Positions 7,136 to 16,302 are shown, counted from the first letter of the stretch. The stretch: DNA of 32,000 nt from an uncultured Opitutales bacterium (GCA_934660865.1 CAKUIA010000006.1:1-32000); one strand, 5' to 3'. The notes: a model not told the origin generated them from the letters alone. Made by a program: numbers and translations.

Positions 7136-8203
7136 ATGAACGCATTTTACGAAAAAGTTGTAAGACCAATCTGCTTTAAGCAAGATCCCGAAGACGCCCA
7201 CAATGCGGCAAACAGCGCCATGGAGCTTCTCTCCAAATTTTGGGCGCTAAGAACGCTTATGGAGCGCTTTAATTTGGTTAAATACCAAAAACCGATAAAG
7301 CTTTTCGGGCTTGAATTTCCCAACTGCGTCGGCTTGGCCGCAGGCTTCGACAAGCAGGGCACGGGCTGGAGAGCGGCCGCCGCCCTGGGCTTTGGACACG
7401 TCGAAATAGGGACAATAACCCAGCACGAGCAGTTCGGCAACGCAAAGCCCCGCGTTTTCAGATACCCGCAAGACGAATCGGTTGTAAATTCGTTCGGCTT
7501 CCCCAACGACGGCGCCGAAAAGGTCGCCAAAAGGCTGGCAAAAAGCAAGGCAAACAAATCAAAAAAAATCCCCTTGGGCATAAACATAGGCAAATCAAAA
7601 ATCACTCCTTTAGAGGAGGCCGCCCAAGACTATGTTTTCAGCCTTAAAACTTTGGCCGACTACGCAAGCTATTTCTGCATTAACGTAAGCAGCCCCAACA
7701 CCCCCGAGCTTAGAAAGCTTCAGGGCAAAGACTACCTAAAAGACCTTTTAACCGAGGTAAAAACGGCCAACGAAGACAGGGCAAAAAAGCTCGGCAAAAA
7801 CAAAACCCCCATTCTGCTGAAAATTGCCCCCGATTTGTCGTTTAGGGAAATAGACCAAATTTTGGAAACGCTCGAAAGCTTGGACTTCGACGGCATTGTC
7901 GCTACAAACACCACAATCGCCCGCCCCGAAAGCAAGCCCTATCTGCAGCAAAAAGGCGGCTTAAGCGGAGCGCTGCTCTTTAACAAGTCGCTTGAAATAG
8001 TAAAATACATTTCGCAACAAAGCTCGGGCAAGCTGCCCATTATAGGCGTAGGCGGCATAACAAACGAGGAATGCGCCGGCAAAATGCTCGACGCAGGGGC
8101 AAGCCTTGTGCAAATCTACACATCGCTTATCTACCGCGGGCCCTTCTTCGCAAAAGACGTGGCAAAATCGGCCCAATGGCGTTTTGCAAGCGACTGGGTA
8201 TAA
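7136..8203 (+). CDS. pyrD: Dihydroorotate dehydrogenase (quinone), class 2
   Basis: 355 aa. It has the class-2 N-terminal extension (FYEKVVRPICFKQDPEDAH), followed by GLAAGFDK, GFGHVEIGTIT, PRVFRYP…NSFGFPNDG, NVSSPNTP and IIGVGGI. Confidence 0.9.
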   Translation: MNAFYEKVVRPICFKQDPEDAHNAANSAMELLSKFWALRTLMERFNLVKYQKPIKLFGLEFPNCVGLAAGFDKQGTGWRAAAALGFGHVEIGTITQHEQFGNAKPRVFRYPQDESVVNSFGFPNDGAEKVAKRLAKSKANKSKKIPLGINIGKSKITPLEEAAQDYVFSLKTLADYASYFCINVSSPNTPELRKLQGKDYLKDLLTEVKTANEDRAKKLGKNKTPILLKIAPDLSFREIDQILETLESLDFDGIVATNTTIARPESKPYLQQKGGLSGALLFNKSLEIVKYISQQSSGKLPIIGVGGITNEECAGKMLDAGASLVQIYTSLIYRGPFFAKDVAKSAQWRFASDWV

Positions 8204-8238
8204 TTTTAACATCAAACAACACAACCTTATAAAATATT

Positions 8239-8796
8239 ATGGGAAACCCCACCGACCTCAGAAAAGGCAAAGTTATAATGTATAACAAAGCCCCCCACTT
8301 GGTAATGAATATGCTGCACCGCACTCAGGGCAGGCAAGCGGGCTTTGTTCAGGCAACGTTGAGAAACCTCGAAACGGGAACTTCGACAACTACAAAGTTC
8401 CGTTCCACCGACTCGGTTGAATTTTGCCATACCGACAACCAAAACCTGGAATACTCGTTTAAAGACCACGACGGCTTCCACTTTTTGGACCAAAACACTT
8501 TCGAAGACACAGTTTTGCCCGAAAGCATTATAGGCGAAGACATTAAATGGCTTATAGAAGGCAGTGTATATTCCATTAAGTTTGTAAACGGCAGCCCCGT
8601 TACATTGGACTTGCCCAACGTTATAGAAATGAAGGTTACCGACGCCCCCGAAGGCCGCCGCGGCGATACTACAACAACGCCGATGAAGCCCGTAACGCTG
8701 GAAACCGGCATTGTAGTTCAGGCGCCCCTCTTTATAAAAACGGGCGACGTTCTTAAAATAAGAACCGAAGACACAACCTACGTAAGCCGCGCCTAA
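8239..8796 (+). CDS. efp: Translation elongation factor P (Arg32-type loop)
   Basis: 185 aa, DLRKGKVIMYNKAPHLV…TQGRQAGFVQATLRNLETG. By-eye alignment to E. coli EF-P places Arg32 (AGG, 8332-8334) at the Lys34 modification position. Confidence 0.9.
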   Translation: MGNPTDLRKGKVIMYNKAPHLVMNMLHRTQGRQAGFVQATLRNLETGTSTTTKFRSTDSVEFCHTDNQNLEYSFKDHDGFHFLDQNTFEDTVLPESIIGEDIKWLIEGSVYSIKFVNGSPVTLDLPNVIEMKVTDAPEGRRGDTTTTPMKPVTLETGIVVQAPLFIKTGDVLKIRTEDTTYVSRA

Positions 8797-8841
8797 AGCT
8801 TTTTGTCTTTGCCGAAAAGTTTTTTTGCCCAAAGCCGAATT

Positions 8842-10146
8842 ATGGAAAACCTAAAACAGCTGCCGCTAAAACCGATAGACCTTAGGGCCATATTGGAATA
8901 TGTGCCGCTATACAGAAACCAGATATTTGTAGTTTCCATAGACGGCAGCGTGGCCGACTGCGACAATTTCCAAAACCTGGCAACCGACATAGCGGTTTTG
9001 TATAGCTTGGGCATAAAAATCGTGATTGTTCACGGCATAGGCAAGCAGCTAAAAGACCTGGCAAAACAAAGGAACATTGCCGCCAGCGACATTTACGGCG
9101 ACAACCCCGTAGACGACCAAACGCTGGCAATGGCAATAGAAGCCTCGGCAAACGTATCGCAAAAGATAAGGGACGAGCTTTCGCTAAAAGACCTTAAATG
9201 CGCGGCAATAACCCCCGTGCGCCCCACGCAAGTGGGCATAATTTCGGGGGTAGACCATCTTAACGCGGGCAAGGCCGACAAAATAGATTTCGAAACCATA
9301 ACGGGTCTGATTTCTTTGGGGATAATCCCCATTATTTCGCCGGTTGCCCCCGACAGAAACGGCAACATTTTAAGGATAAATTCGGATATGCTTGCCGCCG
9401 ACTTGTCTATGGGGCTTAGGGCGTCGAAATTGATATACATAACCGTTACAAACGGTTTGGCCACCAACGGCGAAAAGGCCATTGCAGTTCCCCTAAACAA
9501 GCTAATGGAAATGCTCGAAAGCAAAAAGTCGCAGATAGACCCAAGGGCTTTAAGCAAGGCGAAATTTGCGGCAAAGGCTTTGGATTCCACCTTTACAAGC
9601 CGCGCCCACATTCTAAACGGCATGGAGTATGCGTGTTTGCTGACCGAAGTTTTCGACACCGTAGGCTGCGGCACAATGATATATGCCGACGAATACCAAA
9701 AGATAAGAAAGGCGCGCCCCTCCGACGCTTCGGCCATATACAACATCTCCAAAATATCGGTAAAAGAGCAAAACCTAGTTCAAAGAACTTTGGACGAAAT
9801 ACAAAGCAACATACAAAACTATTTCATATACGAAATAGACGGCTCTATTATAGCCTTTGTATGCCTAAACGACCTCGGCGGAGGCTGCGCCGAGCTTGCG
9901 TCGCTGCATGTGCAGCACTTTTACCAGGGACACAATGTAGGCAAAACGCTTGTAGACTATGTCATAAAAAAGGCGAAAGAACTAAACTACAAAAAACTTT
10001 TTGCGTTGAGCACAAAAAGCGCGCCGTTCTTTTTGGTGTGCAACTTTTCGGAGACTGCCCCCGAAACCCTGCCCGCAAAGAGGCTTGAAAAATACAGGCT
10101 TTCGAAGCGCAACTCGAAAGTGTTTTGCATAGATTTAATAAAGTAG
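8842..10146 (+). CDS. argA: Amino-acid N-acetyltransferase (N-acetylglutamate synthase; amino-acid-kinase fold plus GNAT)
   Basis: The N-terminal kinase-like fold contains FVVSIDGS…KIVIVHGIGKQL. The C-terminal GNAT contains IYEIDGSIIAFVCL…ELASLHVQHFYQGHNVGKTLV. I chose the ATG at 8842 over the track's TTG at 8803, so the start is uncertain by 13 codons. Confidence 0.8.
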   Translation: MENLKQLPLKPIDLRAILEYVPLYRNQIFVVSIDGSVADCDNFQNLATDIAVLYSLGIKIVIVHGIGKQLKDLAKQRNIAASDIYGDNPVDDQTLAMAIEASANVSQKIRDELSLKDLKCAAITPVRPTQVGIISGVDHLNAGKADKIDFETITGLISLGIIPIISPVAPDRNGNILRINSDMLAADLSMGLRASKLIYITVTNGLATNGEKAIAVPLNKLMEMLESKKSQIDPRALSKAKFAAKALDSTFTSRAHILNGMEYACLLTEVFDTVGCGTMIYADEYQKIRKARPSDASAIYNISKISVKEQNLVQRTLDEIQSNIQNYFIYEIDGSIIAFVCLNDLGGGCAELASLHVQHFYQGHNVGKTLVDYVIKKAKELNYKKLFALSTKSAPFFLVCNFSETAPETLPAKRLEKYRLSKRNSKVFCIDLIK

Positions 10147-10374
10147 ATGACGCAAATTTCGTTTGCATTGATTGCATTGTGCCTGATTATAGTCGGGATA
10201 AAGTCGGGGCTATACTATTTCTTTGAAAGCGAGGAAACGCGGTATAGCGACTACAGAAACAAGTACGATTTTAGCTACCGCGACTACAAAAGGCGCAAAA
10301 AACGCGGAAGAATTGCCTCGGCAACCCTGCTTGTTTCGGGCTTGTCGGTATTTTTTGCCGCCCTTTTCTTTTAA
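10147..10374 (+). CDS. Small two-span membrane protein (75 aa), hypothetical
   Basis: The ATG directly abuts the argA stop (TAGATG). Two hydrophobic segments (ISFALIALCLIIVGI and ATLLVSGLSVFFAALFF) flank a Y/R/K/D-rich loop. A strong terminator follows. Confidence 0.5.
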   Translation: MTQISFALIALCLIIVGIKSGLYYFFESEETRYSDYRNKYDFSYRDYKRRKKRGRIASATLLVSGLSVFFAALFF

Positions 10375-10408
10375 AAAATCTCGATTTTCGGAAACTTTTT
10401 TACATTAT

Positions 10409-10438
10409 GTGCGTTTAACGTTTAGACGCACTTTTTTT
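10409..10438 (+). terminator. Rho-independent terminator ending the pyrD-efp-argA block
   Basis: A 10-bp stem (one G-U pair), gtgcgtttaa with tttagacgcac, has a 3-nt loop and is followed by T7 (10432-10438). Confidence 0.8.
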
Positions 10439-10478
10439 ATTTGAAGTGCAATGTAAAATTAGGCCTTTTTATACAACC

Positions 10479-12848
10479 ATGCACAAGAATATTTTGGGGA
10501 GAATTTCGGCGGCAAAAATTGCGGCCGTATCGGTAGTTGCAGCCGCAATTACCGCTTCGGCGCAAAACTACTACAATGCGGGGCAACAGCCCCCGTACCA
10601 GCAAAACAACTACGGGCCGCAAAACGCGCCCTACGCCGTGCAGCCCGCGCAAATGCAAATGCCCGCGCAATACGCGCCAAACGGCTACTACCAACAGCAG
10701 CAAAACGCGTATCCGCGCCGCGGGCAATTTAGGCAGAATATGCAAATGCAGCCGTCGACTACCCCCTTTCCGTTCCCCAAAAGCGAATATTCGCAGGACG
10801 GCCAGCTGCAGGGCCCATTTTATTTTGTAGACGAATCGCCCGTTCAGGTAATAAAAATTTTGGAGCTGCTTTCAAATAAGCCGATAATGCAGTCGCCGTT
10901 TTTGCCGAACGTAAAAATAAACTTCACCTGCAAGGACAAAATTTTTAAAGACGAAGCAATAGAGGTTTTAAAATCGCTTTTAAGCGTAAACGGCATTGCA
11001 ATAATCCCGCTGGGCGAAAACTTTTTAAAGGCGCTTCCGGTAACGGGCATAAACTCGCAGTCGCCCGAATTTCTCGAGGGCGACACCTCCAAAATGGAGG
11101 CTTCTATGGTGTTCTACACAAAGCTTTACAAGCTGGAATACCTCGAAACCGAAAACGCGCAGCAGCTGTTCAATTCGTTCGTTTCGCCCAACGGAATTGC
11201 AACGCTTGCGTTTTTCCCGCGCATAAATTCGTTTTTGCTTACCGACACTTTGGCAAACCACCAAAGAATGGAAAAGCTGTTAAAGCAGGTAGACGTAAAA
11301 ACGAAAATCCGCGAAGACATGGCGTTTATAAAGCTGAAAAACACAAGCGCCGAGGAAATGAAAAAACGCCTGTCGAACGTAAATTCGAACATACTTAAAA
11401 AGTATTTCGAAAAAACCGTAATAGACGCCGACGAAAGGACAAACCAGCTTATAATATTCACGCAAAAGGGAAACATCGAATACATAAAAAAGTTTGTGGA
11501 AGGCTTCGACATTGCAGCCGAACCCCTCACAAAAAGCGAAGTTTTCTACATAAAACACGGCGAGGCTAAAGACGTTGCAAAAGCCCTGACCGACGTTGTA
11601 AAAGGCCAGCAGCAGGCGGCAAAAACACTGAAAACAAAGGCGTCGAAAACAAAGAACACCAACATAGAAAAATCGGTTGCGGCCACCGAACTAAAAAGCA
11701 TAAACGGCGACACCGCCGAAAGCGCGCCATTGCCCGCGCAAACGCAGCAGGCCGAAACGGGCGACCCAACATTGCAGTTTAGCGACTATGTAACCATTGT
11801 TTCGAACGAGCGCAGCAACTCGGTTATTGTATACGGCACCGATTGCGACATAAAGCAGATTGCCTCGCTTATTTCGAAGATAGACATTGTTTTGCTTCAG
11901 GTTAAGATAGACGTTATAATAACCGAAGTGCAGCTTACCGACGAGCAGGTTTCGGGGCTAAGCAGCTTTAATTTGGGCTACGACTTGGCCTCGCCGTTTA
12001 GTACGGGCACAACCGAATCGGTTTCGCACGGCTTTCAGGGAGGTACGGGAACAAACTCGCTTAACGGCACGCAGGCGTTTTCGTTTAGGGCAACCGAAAA
12101 TTCGTTTCAGGCAATATTTAACGCCGCAAAGACGAATTCAAACGTAAAGGTGTTGTCGGCGCCCACAATAGTTACCGCGCACAACAAAGACGGCCGCATA
12201 AACGTTTCGCAGTCGTACCCGATAATAAAAAGCACAATTTCCAGCGTTGTAAATGTAGACAACACACAAAGCACCGTGGAATATATGGACATAGGCATAA
12301 ACCTAAAGGTTACGCCCTTTATAGGCGACAACGGCGTTATACAGCTAAACATAACGCAAAGCGCCGACACCATTTTGTCGCAAACGCAAATAAGCGGCAA
12401 TTCGCAGCCCGTAATAGGCAAGCGCGAGGCCGAAAGCTTTGTGAGCGTGCACGACGGCGACATTATAGTTTTGGGCGGCCTGCAGCAAAACAACCTAAGC
12501 GAAGACGGCCAAAAAGTTTGGCTTTTGGGCGACATTCCGCTTTTGGGCAGGCTATTTAGCCCCGAACAACACAAATACCAAAAAAGCGAGCTTATAATAT
12601 TTATAAGGCCCACAATAATAAACAGCTCTTCAAAGCTCGGCGACGGGCAAAAAGACCACCTAAACGGGTTAAAATCTTTCGAAATGGCAACATCGTATGT
12701 AAAAGACGGCTCTTTTACAGACAAAGACGATTCCGAAAAAGCGCAAAACTTCTACAAAACAAAAAAGCAAAAAGACGAAGAAAAGCGCGCGTTAGAGGAA
12801 AAGGCAAAAGCCGAAAACGGCGAAAATAAGGCGGAAAACCGGCAATGA
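10479..12848 (+). CDS. gspD: Type II secretion system secretin (GspD-type, four N-domains plus secretin core)
   Basis: I moved the start to the ATG at 10479 (MHKNILGRISAAKIAAVSVVAAAITASA, a signal peptide). It has N0-like (FYFVDESPVQVIKILE…) and three KH-like N-domains, then a secretin core: VKVLSAPTIVTAHNKDGRI…GINLKVTPFIGDNGVIQL…VLGGL…LGDIPLLGRLF…LIIFIRPTI. Confidence 0.9.
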   Translation: MHKNILGRISAAKIAAVSVVAAAITASAQNYYNAGQQPPYQQNNYGPQNAPYAVQPAQMQMPAQYAPNGYYQQQQNAYPRRGQFRQNMQMQPSTTPFPFPKSEYSQDGQLQGPFYFVDESPVQVIKILELLSNKPIMQSPFLPNVKINFTCKDKIFKDEAIEVLKSLLSVNGIAIIPLGENFLKALPVTGINSQSPEFLEGDTSKMEASMVFYTKLYKLEYLETENAQQLFNSFVSPNGIATLAFFPRINSFLLTDTLANHQRMEKLLKQVDVKTKIREDMAFIKLKNTSAEEMKKRLSNVNSNILKKYFEKTVIDADERTNQLIIFTQKGNIEYIKKFVEGFDIAAEPLTKSEVFYIKHGEAKDVAKALTDVVKGQQQAAKTLKTKASKTKNTNIEKSVAATELKSINGDTAESAPLPAQTQQAETGDPTLQFSDYVTIVSNERSNSVIVYGTDCDIKQIASLISKIDIVLLQVKIDVIITEVQLTDEQVSGLSSFNLGYDLASPFSTGTTESVSHGFQGGTGTNSLNGTQAFSFRATENSFQAIFNAAKTNSNVKVLSAPTIVTAHNKDGRINVSQSYPIIKSTISSVVNVDNTQSTVEYMDIGINLKVTPFIGDNGVIQLNITQSADTILSQTQISGNSQPVIGKREAESFVSVHDGDIIVLGGLQQNNLSEDGQKVWLLGDIPLLGRLFSPEQHKYQKSELIIFIRPTIINSSSKLGDGQKDHLNGLKSFEMATSYVKDGSFTDKDDSEKAQNFYKTKKQKDEEKRALEEKAKAENGENKAENRQ

Positions 12849-13414
12849 AAAAGCTTTTAACAGCAGCCGCCCTCTTCGCCTTTGCGCTGGCCGTCGATGC
12901 AGACGAAAAGGACGACGCCCTTTTAAATTCGCTTACCGAAAACTGCCCCTTCGGGCAAAGCGCCGCCGCTGGCAACTGGGACGGCCTCGGCGAAATAAGC
13001 GGGTATATAACCCTTCGCGGCATAATCTGCTGCGGCAATGTTTGGTATTTTAGCATATACAACGCGCAAACAAACTCGTGCAGCTGGCTTGCGCTAAAAG
13101 ACGCCGAAAACCTGCTGCCCTACAAGGCGGAATTTTTCGACGACGAAAACAACACTCTATTGCTTGCGGCAAACGGCAAAAACATAGAGCTTCAGCTAAA
13201 AGAGCAAGACCCTTTTACCGCCCCCATTCCGAATATGGTTGCGGGCGGCGGCGCGGCGCGGCGGCAGGGCAACGGGTTTCAGCGCGCGCTTTCGAGAATG
13301 AGCACCGAGCAAAAAATGTCCATGGCGCTGCAGCTTGCAACCGATATGATGCGCCAAAACCAAAACGGGCAAAACAGGCAGCGCAGGCAATACCGCCAAA
13401 GAAGAAGCAGGTAG
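12845..13414 (+). CDS. Secreted hypothetical protein (189 aa) embedded between gspD and gspE
   Basis: The ATG overlaps the gspD stop (ATGA). It has a signal peptide (MKKLLTAAALFAFALA-VD), a central beta-rich segment (ITLRGIICCGNVWYFSIYNAQTNS…LLLAANGKNIELQLKE), and an R/Q/N-rich tail (RQNQNGQNRQRRQYRQRRSR). I recognise no family. Confidence 0.65.
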   Translation: MKKLLTAAALFAFALAVDADEKDDALLNSLTENCPFGQSAAAGNWDGLGEISGYITLRGIICCGNVWYFSIYNAQTNSCSWLALKDAENLLPYKAEFFDDENNTLLLAANGKNIELQLKEQDPFTAPIPNMVAGGGAARRQGNGFQRALSRMSTEQKMSMALQLATDMMRQNQNGQNRQRRQYRQRRSR

Positions 13415-13418
13415 AAAA

Positions 13419-15080
13419 ATGCAAGACTTACTTTCCGAATATTTCCAAGCGCACCTTTTGCCCGAGCAAATGCGGGAATTTGAAAACCTTAACCCGCAGG
13501 AAAAGGCGGGGTTTATTTTAGACAAAACCCACTTTACGCAGGAGGAACTTGCAAAAAAAATCGCCGAGCTTTCGGGGAACGACTACATAGACGAAATACC
13601 CGCCTACGACAGCCCCGAAAAGCCGCTGGCCGACACCGTTGTTTTGGAGTACCAATGCCTGCCGCTAAGCTGCAAAGACGCTTTTGCCCTGGCCGTTTCA
13701 TATCCGTTAAGCGAAGAGCAAATAAACTGGATTACCGCCCTTTGCGGCAAAACGCCCGTACTGAAAATAGCGCAGGCGCGAAAGCTTGCCGAAACCATAT
13801 CGCAGCGTTTCGGCGTGGGCGCCGACTCTTTTGCACAGGGCGAAGGCGACATTTTGTCGGACTCCGACGACGCCGATTTTGAGGAGGACGAAAACGCCGC
13901 AATAATAAAATTTGTAAACGAAATAGTGCTTAAGGCGCTTTCCGACAGGGCAACCGACATACACATAGAGCCGCAAAAAGAGTCGCTAAACATAAGGTTT
14001 AGGATAGACGGCAACCTGGTGCCCGTAAAGCTGCCCGACAACCTTGTAAAATTTAAAAACGCCGTAATTTCGAGAATAAAAATTATGGCAAAGCTGAACA
14101 TTTCCGAAAAGCGCCGCCCGCAGGACGGCCGCATAAAATTTACCGCAAAAAACGGAACGGACATAGACATAAGGGTTTCGTCGCTGCCGACTTTATACGG
14201 CGAAAGCATTTCGCTTAGGCTTTTAACGCAAAAGTCGCACGCCGTAACCATAGACGATCTCGGCTTTATGCCCGAAGACCTGGCAAAGATTTCGGCGCCC
14301 CTTTCGAGACCGCACGGCATAATTTTGGTAACGGGGCCAACGGGTTCGGGCAAATCCACAACGCTTACCGCGTTTATAAGAAAGCTGCGCCGCCCGCAAG
14401 TTAGGATAATCACGGTAGAAGACCCAGTAGAATACGAAGTAGGCAACGTAAACCAAACACAGGTTCAGCCCGAAATCGGGCTTACGTTTTCGGCGGCGCT
14501 GCGCTCCATTTTAAGGCAGGACCCCGACATTATAATGATAGGCGAAATAAGAGACCGCGAAACCGCCGACATTGCAATAAGGGCAAGCCTTACGGGGCAC
14601 TTGGTGCTTAGCACCCTGCACACAAACGACGCAGCCGGTGCCTTAACGCGCCTTTTGGATATGGACATAGAGCCTTTCCTCATAGCGTCTTCGGTGGAGA
14701 TGATTTTGGCGCAAAGGCTGGTGCGCAAATTGTGCACTTGCAAGACAAAGGCAAACTACACAAAAGAATATCTTAAAGACTGCGCAAAAAGCCTCGGCAT
14801 TAAAGACGAAATGCTGGAAAACTGCGAAGACATCTGCAAGCCCGTAGGCTGCAAAAAATGCGGCAACATAGGCTATTTCGGGAGAACCGGCATATTCGAA
14901 ATTTTGCTTACAAACGAACGCCTGCACAATATGGTTATAACCCGCAAAACCGCGCGGCAAATACGCAACGATGCGCGCGAACACGGCATGCGCACCTTGC
15001 AGGAATGCGGATTCGAGCTTTTAAAGCGCGGCCTTACGGGGCTTGAAGAAATTATGGCCTACGCGGGGGAAAACGAATAG
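13419..15080 (+). CDS. gspE: Type II secretion / type IV pilus assembly ATPase (GspE/PilB family)
   Basis: 553 aa with a T2SSE_N-like N-terminus, Walker A GPTGSGKST, Asp box/Walker B IIMIGEIRD, His box LVLSTLHTND, and a Cys cluster C.C…CKKCGNIGYFGRTGIFE. Confidence 0.9.
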   Translation: MQDLLSEYFQAHLLPEQMREFENLNPQEKAGFILDKTHFTQEELAKKIAELSGNDYIDEIPAYDSPEKPLADTVVLEYQCLPLSCKDAFALAVSYPLSEEQINWITALCGKTPVLKIAQARKLAETISQRFGVGADSFAQGEGDILSDSDDADFEEDENAAIIKFVNEIVLKALSDRATDIHIEPQKESLNIRFRIDGNLVPVKLPDNLVKFKNAVISRIKIMAKLNISEKRRPQDGRIKFTAKNGTDIDIRVSSLPTLYGESISLRLLTQKSHAVTIDDLGFMPEDLAKISAPLSRPHGIILVTGPTGSGKSTTLTAFIRKLRRPQVRIITVEDPVEYEVGNVNQTQVQPEIGLTFSAALRSILRQDPDIIMIGEIRDRETADIAIRASLTGHLVLSTLHTNDAAGALTRLLDMDIEPFLIASSVEMILAQRLVRKLCTCKTKANYTKEYLKDCAKSLGIKDEMLENCEDICKPVGCKKCGNIGYFGRTGIFEILLTNERLHNMVITRKTARQIRNDAREHGMRTLQECGFELLKRGLTGLEEIMAYAGENE

Positions 15081-15081
15081 T

Positions 15082-16302
15082 ATGCCGGAATTTTCGTACA
15101 AGGCATTCAACGGCCTGGGCAAAAAAGTGTCGGGCACAATCAAGGCCGGCGACAAAAAATCCGCGTTGGCACTGCTTGCAAAACAGTCTCTTAAGGTTGC
15201 GGCAATTTGCGAAATGCAGGCCATTGCGCAAAACGAAAACGAGACGGATAAAACGGCAGTTTCGGGCACCGCAAAGCTGGCTCTGCCGTTTTTCGAAAAA
15301 CTAAACTGGCTTTGCAGGGGCGCAATGCCCGTGGCCGACGCCGTAAAAAGCCTAAGTTTAAGGGCGCTAAACAAAAACCTGGCAGCATTGTGCAGGGCCG
15401 TATATAAGAAAATGAGCGAGGGCGAAACGCTGTCGGGGGCGCTTGCAAACTTTCCGAAAATTTTCGACAACACAATAATACACCTGCTGCAGGCCGGCGA
15501 AAGCTCGAACAACCTTGTCCCGATTTTCGCCGACATAATAGACTATTTAAGGGAGAAAAAAGAGCTCAAGTCAAAGCTTGTGCAGGCGGCGGCGTATCCG
15601 TTGTTTTTGATAATAATGGCATTTTCTGTGGTGCTGTTTTTTTTGTTCTACATGCTGCCAAAAATAGAGTCTATGATGGAAAATATGGGAGGCGAGCTTT
15701 CGCTGCCCGTAAAAATACTGATGTGGGGAGGCAACTTTGCCCTTGTATACGGGCCCTTTGTTTTTATTGCGGCCTTCGCCGCGTTTTTGGCAATAAAGGC
15801 ATATTCTAAAAGCGAAAACGGCAAAATAGTATGCGGCAAATACTCGCTAAAAATCCCCCTTATAGGCGGGATTTTGCGCTGCGCCGACCTCTGCAAAATA
15901 ACGGGGCTTTGCTCGATTTTGTTCGGCTCTAGCGTAAACACAACCGAAACTTTCAGACTTGTCGAAAAGGCGATTTCAAACCCCTACATAGCGCAAAAAT
16001 TCAGGCTATGCCGCGCGGCAGTAAACGACGGGGCGGCGATTTGCGCCGCGCTAAAAAAGTACGAAATTTTAAGCGACGAAGATTTGGACATAATTTCGGT
16101 GGGCGAAAAAACAGGCTCTTTAAAAAACAGTTTTTCGGAACTGCGCAAGCTGCAATACGAAACGATGAATTTGCGGATAAAAACGGCCATAACACTGCTG
16201 GCTTCGTCGGCGTTGGCAAGCGCGTTTTTCCTTGTTTTTTTAATCGCGCTGGGCATAGTTTCCAGCGTAATGAACCTAAGCGAAAGCATTATGGCAAAAT
16301 AA
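15082..16302 (+). CDS. gspF: Type II secretion system inner-membrane platform protein (GspF/PilC family)
   Basis: I moved the start to the ATG at 15082 (MPEFSYKAFNGLGKKVSGTIKA), 1 nt after the gspE stop. It has duplicated cytoplasmic T2SSF domains (GETLSGAL and DEDLDIISVGEKTGSL) and three hydrophobic spans. Confidence 0.88.
   Translation: MPEFSYKAFNGLGKKVSGTIKAGDKKSALALLAKQSLKVAAICEMQAIAQNENETDKTAVSGTAKLALPFFEKLNWLCRGAMPVADAVKSLSLRALNKNLAALCRAVYKKMSEGETLSGALANFPKIFDNTIIHLLQAGESSNNLVPIFADIIDYLREKKELKSKLVQAAAYPLFLIIMAFSVVLFFLFYMLPKIESMMENMGGELSLPVKILMWGGNFALVYGPFVFIAAFAAFLAIKAYSKSENGKIVCGKYSLKIPLIGGILRCADLCKITGLCSILFGSSVNTTETFRLVEKAISNPYIAQKFRLCRAAVNDGAAICAALKKYEILSDEDLDIISVGEKTGSLKNSFSELRKLQYETMNLRIKTAITLLASSALASAFFLVFLIALGIVSSVMNLSESIMAK

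Noticed and set aside
8803-8841. TTG-initiated extension of argA. Analogous extensions are a GTG for gspD (10446-10478) and one for gspF (15043-15081) that overlaps gspE.
   Set aside because: Downstream ATGs (8842, 10479, 15082) give N-termini typical of the families or proper signal peptides, and they avoid overlaps. The choices are not proven.
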